A stretch of 64,000 nt of DNA from an uncultured Sneathiella sp. (GTDB lineage: Bacteria; Pseudomonadota; Alphaproteobacteria; Sneathiellales; Sneathiellaceae): NCBI RefSeq assembly GCF_963976355.1, contig NZ_CAXBKA010000002.1:598711-662710 (forward strand), in the 5' to 3' direction. Below are positions 56,471 through 64,000 of the stretch, in pieces; position 1 is the first letter of the stretch, and the number at the start of each line of letters is the position of its first letter. Made by a program: the position numbers and the translations under genes. Under the pieces are notes generated by a model. That model saw only the letters and a list, made by a program, of their open reading frames with translations, searched no databases and was not told the origin of the DNA.

Positions 56471-57660
56471 CCAATACACTTCTTTCACGGCTGACGGATG
56501 AGCTTTTCGCCGCCGATCAGGCGGGCACCTACAAGCGCCTGAAAACCATCGAAGGGCCCATCGGCGACCGCATCCAACTGGCAGAGAAGGGGGAAGTGAC
56601 TCTCCTTTCCTCCAACGATTATCTCGGTTTCGCCAACCACCCGGAGATCGTCGAGGCGGCGCGGGACGCTCTCCTCAAATACGGGGCGAGCACCGCGTCG
56701 GTGCGCTTTATCTGCGGGACGCAGGATGTGCATCAGTCGCTGGAGGCCGATCTCGCGCGCTTTCACGGAACCGAGGCGGCGCTCACCTATTCCTCCTGCT
56801 GGGCGGCGAATACGGGGTTGTTTGCGGCAATATGCGGGGCCGGTGACGTCATCCTCTCCGACGAGCTTAATCATGCGAGCCTGATCGACGGCATCCGCGC
56901 GACGGCGAAAAATGTCGTCCGCGATGTCTATAAACACAGCGATATGTCCGACCTGGAGGCGAAGCTGAAAGCCCATGCCGACGCGCCGTCCCGTCTTATA
57001 GTGACGGATGGGGTCTTCTCCATGGAAGGGGATATCGCCCCGCTCGATCAGATCGTTGCGCTCGCAAAAAAATACGACGCGCTGATCGTGCTGGATGACA
57101 GTCACGGTCTCGGCGTCATGGGCAAGACCGGCCATGGCACGGCGGAACATTTCGGCGTTATGGACAAGATTGATATTTTCACCGGCACCCTCGGCAAGGC
57201 GCTTGGCGCAGGCACGGGCGGCTTCGTTGCCGGTCCAAAGGCAGTCACGGAAACATTGATCCAGAAGTCGCGGCCGCATCTCTTCTCCAATGCGCTGCCT
57301 GCCAGCGTCGCGGCGGCGGGGCGGAAATCTCTTGAGTTGCTGGAGAAACACCCGGACCGCGTCACGGCGCTACAGGAAAAGGCGGTGAAATTCCGCGCTC
57401 TTCTCAATAACCTCGACCTCAAGCCGCTGCCCGGCGACAGCGCCGTTGTGCCGGTGATCGTCGGGGAAACCGCAACTGCCATCCGGCTGGCAGGCGAACT
57501 CCTCAACCGTGGCATCTTCGTCACGGGTTTCGGCTTTCCCGTTGTGCCGGAGGGAGAGGCGCGGCTTCGTTTTCAGCTCTCCTTTGCTCATACGGAGGCC
57601 GAGCTGGACGAGGCGGTCGTTGCCCTCAAAGATTGCCTGCAAAGCCCCGGTTCCGCATAA
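56467..57660 (+). CDS. kbl: Glycine C-acetyltransferase (2-amino-3-ketobutyrate CoA ligase)
   Basis: 397 aa alpha-oxoamine synthase with DELNHASLIDG, VLDDSHG and the PLP-lysine block GTLGKALG. ATGA overlap with tdh. Confidence 0.9.
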   Translation: MTNTLLSRLTDELFAADQAGTYKRLKTIEGPIGDRIQLAEKGEVTLLSSNDYLGFANHPEIVEAARDALLKYGASTASVRFICGTQDVHQSLEADLARFHGTEAALTYSSCWAANTGLFAAICGAGDVILSDELNHASLIDGIRATAKNVVRDVYKHSDMSDLEAKLKAHADAPSRLIVTDGVFSMEGDIAPLDQIVALAKKYDALIVLDDSHGLGVMGKTGHGTAEHFGVMDKIDIFTGTLGKALGAGTGGFVAGPKAVTETLIQKSRPHLFSNALPASVAAAGRKSLELLEKHPDRVTALQEKAVKFRALLNNLDLKPLPGDSAVVPVIVGETATAIRLAGELLNRGIFVTGFGFPVVPEGEARLRFQLSFAHTEAELDEAVVALKDCLQSPGSA

Positions 57661-57766
57661 AATCCGATGGCGAGCTTGTTTTAGTCGGTGTCGCCCTCTA
57701 AACAGGAAGGCGAGGGGGAGGCTGTATACTCCCGTTTTAATTCACTGACTGGACCCGAACAGACGG

Positions 57767-59434
57767 ATGACGGCGAAACAGGCCTATGACTATGTGATTA
57801 TTGGCGCGGGATCGGCGGGGGCCGTGCTGGCAAATCGCCTGAGCGAGGCGCGGGAGGTGTCCGTCCTGCTGCTCGAAGCCGGGGCGCGGACCCCGTGGTG
57901 GGACTGGCGCATTCACATGCCCTCGGCCTTGAGCTACCCCATGCATTCGGCCAGCCTCGCCTGGCAGTATTATACCGAACCGCAGGAACATCTGAACGGG
58001 CGCAAGATATACTGGCCGCGGGGCAAGGCGCTTGGCGGTTCCTCGGCGATCAACGGGATGTGCTATGTGCGCGGTCATGCGTTCGACTATGACGGCTGGG
58101 CGGCGCTGCCGGGGCTGGAGAACTGGTCCTACGCAGATTGCCTGCCCTATTTCAAAAAGGCGGAAACATATGATCGCGGGACCGATGACTATCGTGGCGG
58201 GAACGGCCCGCTCCATGTCTCCGTCGGCCCGTGCGATAATCCGCTTTATCACGCCTGGATGGAGGCGGGGCAGCAGGCCGGCTATCCCTTGTCGGACGAT
58301 ATGAACGGGTACCAGCAGGAAGGCGTCGCCCGGATGGATATGACCGTGCACCGGGGCCTCAGATGGAGCACGTCGCTTGCCTATCTCGATCCGGCGCGCG
58401 GGCGCGGCAACCTCACCATCCTGACGGGCGCGAAGACACGGCGCCTCACCTTCGAGGGGGCGCGTGCCACCGGTGTTGAATATGTCCTCAATGGACAGAA
58501 ACAGACCGCTCTCGCCACGCGGGAGGTGATCTCGGCGGCCGGGGCCATCAACTCCCCGCATCTACTGATGATTTCCGGGATTGGCCCGGCGGACAGTTTG
58601 AGGCAGCTTGATATTCCGATCGTGGCGGACCTGCCGGGCGTCGGGCAGAATCTTCAGGATCATCTGGAACTTTATGTGCAGCAGGAATGCACGCAGCCGA
58701 TCACGCTCTATAAGGTCATGTCGCCGCTCGCGAAACTGAAGGTCGGGCTCGACTGGATGCTGTTCAAGAAAGGCCTCGGCGCCAGCAATCATTTCGAGGC
58801 TGGCGGCTTTATCCGGAGCGAGCCGGGCATCGAGCATCCGAACCTGCAATATCACTTCCTGCCCATGGCGGTGCGCTATGACGGCGGCAACCCGACGGAC
58901 CGCCACGGCTATCAGGCGCATGTCGGGCCGATGCGATCGACCAGTCGGGGGTATATGTCGCTGAAAAGCGGGAATATCGACGACGCGCCGATGTTACAAC
59001 CCAACTATTGCGAAACCGAGCAGGATCGGCGGGAGCTTCGCGACGGGGTGAAGCTCACACGGGAGATTTTTGCGCAAAGCGGGTTCGATCCCTATCGCGG
59101 GGTGGAACTTGCGCCGGGACCCGAGGTGAAGACCGACGCCGAGATCGACGCCTTCGTGCGGGAGACGGTGGAGACCGCCTATCACCCGAGCTGCACCTGC
59201 AAGATGGGCACAGATGCCCTGGCGGTGGTGGATGATGCGGGCCGGGTGCACGGGGTGGAAAACCTCCGCGTGGTCGACAGTTCCATCATGCCGAACATCG
59301 TCAGCGGAAACCTGAATGCGCCAACCATCATGATGGCGGAGAAAATTGCGGATTTAATCAAGGGCGTCGCGCCGCTTCCCAAAAGCAGCGCCCCTGTATA
59401 TCGGGCGGAGAATTGGCAGACGAGCCAGCGGTAA
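57767..59434 (+). CDS. betA: Choline dehydrogenase (GMC oxidoreductase)
   Basis: FAD motif YDYVIIGAGSAGAVLANRLSE, the GMC signature GGSSAINGM and the C-terminal HPSCTCKMG. It is followed by betB. Confidence 0.9.
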   Translation: MTAKQAYDYVIIGAGSAGAVLANRLSEAREVSVLLLEAGARTPWWDWRIHMPSALSYPMHSASLAWQYYTEPQEHLNGRKIYWPRGKALGGSSAINGMCYVRGHAFDYDGWAALPGLENWSYADCLPYFKKAETYDRGTDDYRGGNGPLHVSVGPCDNPLYHAWMEAGQQAGYPLSDDMNGYQQEGVARMDMTVHRGLRWSTSLAYLDPARGRGNLTILTGAKTRRLTFEGARATGVEYVLNGQKQTALATREVISAAGAINSPHLLMISGIGPADSLRQLDIPIVADLPGVGQNLQDHLELYVQQECTQPITLYKVMSPLAKLKVGLDWMLFKKGLGASNHFEAGGFIRSEPGIEHPNLQYHFLPMAVRYDGGNPTDRHGYQAHVGPMRSTSRGYMSLKSGNIDDAPMLQPNYCETEQDRRELRDGVKLTREIFAQSGFDPYRGVELAPGPEVKTDAEIDAFVRETVETAYHPSCTCKMGTDALAVVDDAGRVHGVENLRVVDSSIMPNIVSGNLNAPTIMMAEKIADLIKGVAPLPKSSAPVYRAENWQTSQR

Positions 59435-59465
59435 AAACGAAACTCGCCCAGTTTGAGGAACAAGA

Positions 59466-60932
59466 ATGAGCAGACCGAAAAAAGTATCGCTTTATATCGA
59501 CGGCAAGGCCGCAAAGGCCATCTCCGGGAAAAGCTTCACCAATTTCAACCCGGCGACGGGGGCGAAGCTGTCCGAGGTGGAGCAGGCCGGACGGCGCGAT
59601 GTGGAGAAAACCGTTGTTGCCGCCCGCGCCGGATTCCGCGAATGGTCCGCGATGACAGGCAAGGAACGCGGGCGCATCCTCCGCAAGGCTGCCACAATCC
59701 TCAGGGAGCGGCGGATGGCACTCGCCGAGATTGAAGTCAGGGACACCGGCAAACCGATTGCGGAAGCGCCGGAGGCCGATGTCGACAGCGGCGCTGATGC
59801 GTTTGAGTTCTTTGGCGGGCTCGCCGCCGATATCAAGGGCGGCCATCATGATCTTGGCGAGACAGCCTTTGCCTACACACGCCGGGAACCGCTCGGTATC
59901 TGTGCGGGGATCGGGGCGTGGAACTATCCGCTGCAGATTGCCTGCTGGAAGACGGCCCCGGCGCTCGCGGCCGGAAATTCAATGATTTTCAAACCCTCCG
60001 AACTGACCCCGACGAATGCGGTGCGGCTTGCGGAAATCCTGACCGAAGCCGGATTGCCGAAAGGGGTGTTCAATGTCCTTCAGGGCGGCGCGGAGACGGG
60101 GCATTACATCGCCTCCCATCCGGAGATCGACAAGATTTCCTTCACCGGGTCCGTGCCGACGGGCCGCCAGGTGCTGGCCGATGCGGCCGGCTCGGTCAAG
60201 CATGTCACCATGGAGCTGGGCGGCAAGTCGCCGCTGATCGTCTTTGACGACAGCCAGATCCATAATGCGGTGTCGGCGGCGATGAACGCCAATTTCTACA
60301 CCCAGGGCGAAATCTGTTCCAACGGCACGCGGGTCTATGTGCATGAGGATATCCATGATGCCTTTATCGCGATCCTGAAAAGCCGGACCGAGGCCATGGT
60401 CGTCGGCGATCCGATGGATCCGGACACTCATGTCGGTTCCCTGATCAGCGCCGATCATTTCGAGAAGGTGATGGAATATGTCCGCCTCGGCATCGAGGAA
60501 GGGGCCTATCTGGTGAGCGGTGGTGAGAAGGTCACCGTCAAGGGATGCGAGAGAGGGAACTTCATTTCGCCTGCGATTTTCACGGCCTGCCAGGATGACA
60601 TGCGCATCTGCCGGGAGGAGATTTTCGGTCCCGTCATGTCGGTAATGTCCTTCCGTGATGAGGAGGAAGTGATCAATCGTGCCAACGATACGGAATTCGG
60701 CCTCGCCGCCGGGGTTTTCACCCAGAATCTTTCCCGCGCGCACCGGGTCGTGGCAAAGCTCCGCGCCGGGACCTGCTGGATCAACAACTATAACCTGACA
60801 CCGGTCGGGGTGCCTTTCGGCGGATACAAGCAATCGGGCATCGGACGAGAAAACGCGGCCGTCGCCCTTGATCATTTCACGCAGCTGAAATCGGTCTATG
60901 TTGAACTCGGTGACGTCGACTGCGGATATTAG
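59466..60932 (+). CDS. betB: Betaine-aldehyde dehydrogenase
   Basis: 488 aa ALDH with MELGGKSP, the catalytic Cys block GEICSNGTR and EEIFGPV. Confidence 0.9.
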   Translation: MSRPKKVSLYIDGKAAKAISGKSFTNFNPATGAKLSEVEQAGRRDVEKTVVAARAGFREWSAMTGKERGRILRKAATILRERRMALAEIEVRDTGKPIAEAPEADVDSGADAFEFFGGLAADIKGGHHDLGETAFAYTRREPLGICAGIGAWNYPLQIACWKTAPALAAGNSMIFKPSELTPTNAVRLAEILTEAGLPKGVFNVLQGGAETGHYIASHPEIDKISFTGSVPTGRQVLADAAGSVKHVTMELGGKSPLIVFDDSQIHNAVSAAMNANFYTQGEICSNGTRVYVHEDIHDAFIAILKSRTEAMVVGDPMDPDTHVGSLISADHFEKVMEYVRLGIEEGAYLVSGGEKVTVKGCERGNFISPAIFTACQDDMRICREEIFGPVMSVMSFRDEEEVINRANDTEFGLAAGVFTQNLSRAHRVVAKLRAGTCWINNYNLTPVGVPFGGYKQSGIGRENAAVALDHFTQLKSVYVELGDVDCGY

Positions 60933-61020
60933 CATGGCTGCCATTCGCCGAAGGTGAATTGACAGGCCGGGCCTTCCGGGTAAAAAAGGAACTCCCGTCC
61001 GCTAGTCGAGTAGTTCCCGA

Positions 61021-61923
61021 ATGGAAGCCTGGATACCGATCACCATCTTCGCGGCCTTCTTTCAGAATGTCCGCACAGCCCTGCAAAAATCGCTGAAAAG
61101 CCGGTTGAGCACCGGCGGGGCGACCTATGTGCGTTTCCTCTATGGCGCGCCGTTTGCGCTGCTCTATGTGCTCGGGATTGCGGAATTCACCGATCTGGTG
61201 GTGCCGGACCCGAATATGGAATTTGCGACTTTCGCGGTTATCGGCGGGCTTGCTCAGATACTGGCGACGGCCATGTTGGTTGCGCTGTTCAGCCTGAAGA
61301 ATTTTGCCGTCGGCACCACCTATTCGAAAACCGAGACTGTGCAGGCGGCCATTTTCGGGATTGTCATCCTCGGTGAGCATGTGGGCATGGGCGCCACTTT
61401 CGCCATTATCGTCAGCTTTGTCGGCATCCTGCTGATCTCCATGTCGTCAAGCGCCTTCACGATGCGCGATTTCCTCTCGGGCTGGACCAGCAAGGCGGCG
61501 GGCCTCGGCCTGCTCTCGGGCGCATTGTTCGGTGTCTCCGCCGTGGCGTATCGCGGCGCGGCGCTGTCGCTTGGCGGGGAGGGGGCGCTGATGCAGGCGG
61601 CCTTCACCCTTGTCTGCGTCCTTTTCTTTCAGACCGCGGTGATGAGTGTCTATCTCCCCTTGCGTGAACCGGGCCAGATCACCAAGGTGCTCATCAACTG
61701 GCGCGTTGCCATCTGGGTCGGCCTCACCGGCATGCTGGGCTCCGTCGGCTGGTTCACCGCGATGACATTGCAGAACGCCGCCTATGTCCGCGCCCTTGGC
61801 CAGGTCGAGCTCGTTTTTACCTTCATTGCCTCCTATTTCTTCTTCAAGGAGAGAACCAACAGGATCGAGGCGGCGGGCATTCTCCTTATCGTCGTTGGTA
61901 TCCTGCTACTGCTTCTCGACTGA
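61021..61923 (+). CDS. DMT-superfamily (EamA-like) transporter
   Basis: 300 aa, about 10 TM segments in two repeated halves. Confidence 0.7.
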   Translation: MEAWIPITIFAAFFQNVRTALQKSLKSRLSTGGATYVRFLYGAPFALLYVLGIAEFTDLVVPDPNMEFATFAVIGGLAQILATAMLVALFSLKNFAVGTTYSKTETVQAAIFGIVILGEHVGMGATFAIIVSFVGILLISMSSSAFTMRDFLSGWTSKAAGLGLLSGALFGVSAVAYRGAALSLGGEGALMQAAFTLVCVLFFQTAVMSVYLPLREPGQITKVLINWRVAIWVGLTGMLGSVGWFTAMTLQNAAYVRALGQVELVFTFIASYFFFKERTNRIEAAGILLIVVGILLLLLD

Positions 61924-62041
61924 AATTTTGCGAAAATATGACGATTTTTTTACAATTGACCGCATTTCCGGCCTTTTGTTTTGAAATCTCCTGCGTTATG
62001 GTTCGCAAATACGTGGATATCAAACAATTATGAGGTGATCG

Positions 62042-63202
62042 TTGGGAACGCATTATTCAAGCCGTGAAATGATCGACAGGCTTATCGGCTTCGATACGGT
62101 TTCCCGCAATTCCAACCTCGACCTGATCAATTTCGTTGCCGACTATCTCGCGGGCCATGGCGTTGAGGCCGTCCGTGTTTTCAATGACGACAAGACCAAG
62201 GCAAATCTTTATGCCACCGTCGGTCCGGCTCGGGAGGGCGGTGTTGTCCTTTCCGGCCATACGGATGTCGTCCCGGTAGAGGGGCAACCCTGGGATACGG
62301 ATCCCTTCACGGTAGTCGAGAAGGACGGGCGGCTCTACGGGCGCGGCACCTCCGACATGAAAAGCTTTTCCGCTATTGCGCTCGCCAAGGTGCCGGAAAT
62401 GATCGAGAAGGGACTATCGGTCCCGATCCATTTTGCGCTCTCCTATGATGAGGAAATCGGCTGCATCGGTGCGCCGTCCATGATCGAGGAGATCGCCAAT
62501 ACCCTACCCAGGCCCCGCGCCGTGATTGTGGGGGAGCCGACGATGATGGATATCGTCTCCGCGCATAAGGGGATCGTCACATTAAAGACGACCATTACCG
62601 GACGGGAGGCGCATTCCAGTCTCGTTGAGGACGGTGTAAGCGCGGTAATGGTTGGGGCGGAGCTGATCAGCTTTATTACGGGCATGATGGCGGAAAACAA
62701 GGCCCGCGCGTCCGCCGAAAGCAGGTTCAGCCCGCCCTATACCACCTTGACCTGCGGTGTTGTCCATGGCGGGACGGCCCCCAATATCATCGCCCGCAAA
62801 TGTGAGTTTCTCTGGGATATCCGTCATATCCCCGGGGACGACCCCTTGAGTTTCGTGGAAAGATTCAAGGCGCATTGCGAGACGGAAGTGCTGCCGCGCA
62901 TGCAGGCCGTTGCGAAGGAGGCCAGCATCGTGACCGAGATTTCCTCCAACGTGCCCGCGCTCGGACCGGAGGATGACGGGGAGGCCGAGCGGATCTGCCG
63001 CGCCATCACCGGCAAGAACACGACCGGCGCAGTTTCCTACGCCGCCGAGGCGGGACAGTTCCAGCAGGCCGGATTTTCAACGGTAATCTGCGGGCCGGGC
63101 TCCATCGGGGTCGCCCATCAGCCCAATGAATATATTGATATTGCACAGGTTGCAGCCGCGGAGAAATTTATCTCCGGTCTCATTGATATGCTACGAAAAT
63201 GA
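62042..63202 (+). CDS. argE: Acetylornithine deacetylase-like M20 metallopeptidase
   Basis: Blocks FDTVSRNSNL, LSGHTDVVPV and GRGTSDMKS. The TTG start is preceded by GAGGTGA. Confidence 0.8.
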   Translation: MGTHYSSREMIDRLIGFDTVSRNSNLDLINFVADYLAGHGVEAVRVFNDDKTKANLYATVGPAREGGVVLSGHTDVVPVEGQPWDTDPFTVVEKDGRLYGRGTSDMKSFSAIALAKVPEMIEKGLSVPIHFALSYDEEIGCIGAPSMIEEIANTLPRPRAVIVGEPTMMDIVSAHKGIVTLKTTITGREAHSSLVEDGVSAVMVGAELISFITGMMAENKARASAESRFSPPYTTLTCGVVHGGTAPNIIARKCEFLWDIRHIPGDDPLSFVERFKAHCETEVLPRMQAVAKEASIVTEISSNVPALGPEDDGEAERICRAITGKNTTGAVSYAAEAGQFQQAGFSTVICGPGSIGVAHQPNEYIDIAQVAAAEKFISGLIDMLRK

Positions 63203-63344
63203 CGACAATCGAATGCAATGGACAGAGATTGCACTATTCGTTAATCTCGAACACAGCATCCGTGAATAAAACCAATAAATACACGGCGAATTTGCCCCGT
63301 ATGGGCACTAACGAATAACTAGGTAACAAATAAAGGGAGTTATC

Positions 63345-64000
63345 ATGAAACTAAGGACAGGACTATTAGCCGCCACCATGGCAGCCGCTATTGCAGTGGC
63401 CGCGCCGGCACAGGCTAAAACCTTTAAATATGCCTTTCAGGGAGATCTGAGCTCCCTCGATCCGCATTCACTGAATGAATCCTTCCTGCTCGCCACACTT
63501 GGCAACGTGTATGAAGGTCTCGTTCTCTATGGCCCGAACCTGGAAATCATGCCGGGTCTGGCGGAAGAATGGAAACTGCTGACGCCGACAACCTGGGAGT
63601 TCAAGCTCCGCCAGGGCGTGAAATTCCACGGCGGTCAGGATTTCACGGCGGATGACGTGATTTTCTCCTGGCAGCGCACGCTCTCTGAAGGTTCCGACCA
63701 GAAGGTCCGCGGCGGCCAGATCAAGAACATCACCAAGGTCGATGACCATACCATCGTCGTTGAAACACCGGCTCCGAATCCCATTCTGGTTCAGGATCTT
63801 CCCTATCTGCTGATCATGGACAAGGAATGGTCGGAAGAAAACGGGGCGACGAATGCCACCAGTGCCGCCGGCGATAACACCGGCAACTATGCCAACCTGA
63901 ATGCCAACGGCACCGGCCCGTTCATGGTTGAAAGCCATAAGGCGGACGTGAAAACCGTCTTCAAGAAGAACGAAGACTACTGGAAAGACATCGATGGCAA
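63345..64000 (+). CDS. ABC transporter periplasmic substrate-binding protein, family 5 (peptide/opine/nickel type), 3' truncated by the window edge
   Basis: My own translation gives MKLRTGLLAATMAAAIAVAAPAQAKTFKYAFQGDLSSLDPHSLNESFLLATLGNVYEGLV...WEFKLRQGVKFHGGQDFTADDVIFSW. It has a signal peptide, SD AAGGGAG, and no stop before base 64000, so it is absent from the ORF track. Confidence 0.8.
   Translation, partial: MKLRTGLLAATMAAAIAVAAPAQAKTFKYAFQGDLSSLDPHSLNESFLLATLGNVYEGLVLYGPNLEIMPGLAEEWKLLTPTTWEFKLRQGVKFHGGQDFTADDVIFSWQRTLSEGSDQKVRGGQIKNITKVDDHTIVVETPAPNPILVQDLPYLLIMDKEWSEENGATNATSAAGDNTGNYANLNANGTGPFMVESHKADVKTVFKKNEDYWKDIDG

Overview
GC-rich (about 60% by eye) alphaproteobacterial-type chromosomal window, densely coding, with no rRNA, tRNA or CRISPR seen. 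There are four blocks. (1) 2.0-14.0 kb: a complete 13-gene Flp/Tad (Cpa) type IVc pilus locus (flp, cpaA-F, tadB, tadC, TPR lipoprotein, three TadE/G pseudopilins), preceded by a ~620 bp intergenic region of roughly 20% GC. (2) 14-36 kb: housekeeping and catabolic genes. These include an overlapping moxR-VWA-tauE-DUF1853 operon, alaS, htpX, a TetR-controlled feruloyl-CoA-synthase-like/FadB cluster, an MFS transporter, a CaiB CoA-transferase, IorAB-type molybdo-oxidoreductase and recQ. (3) 36.1-40.9 kb is the standout. It is a lower-GC island on the minus strand carrying seven tandem paralogs of the RebB 'killing trait' (R-body structural protein) family. Three of the paralogs have unusual tails or truncations. 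The island also holds one unrelated 92-aa ORF and an orphan IS3 OrfA-like gene. A divergently transcribed ECF sigma factor lies across a 296 bp spacer whose core is about 10-18% GC. (4) 41-64 kb: an apparently Tat-less three-subunit DMSO-reductase-family complex, a DEAD-box helicase, MscS and a minimal K+ channel, a second molybdoenzyme with a GFA protein, glycerate kinase, tdh-kbl with an XRE-cupin regulator, betA-betB, a DMT transporter, an argE-like deacetylase and a truncated ABC substrate-binding protein. All family assignments rest on motifs read from the translations and on memory, not on searches.
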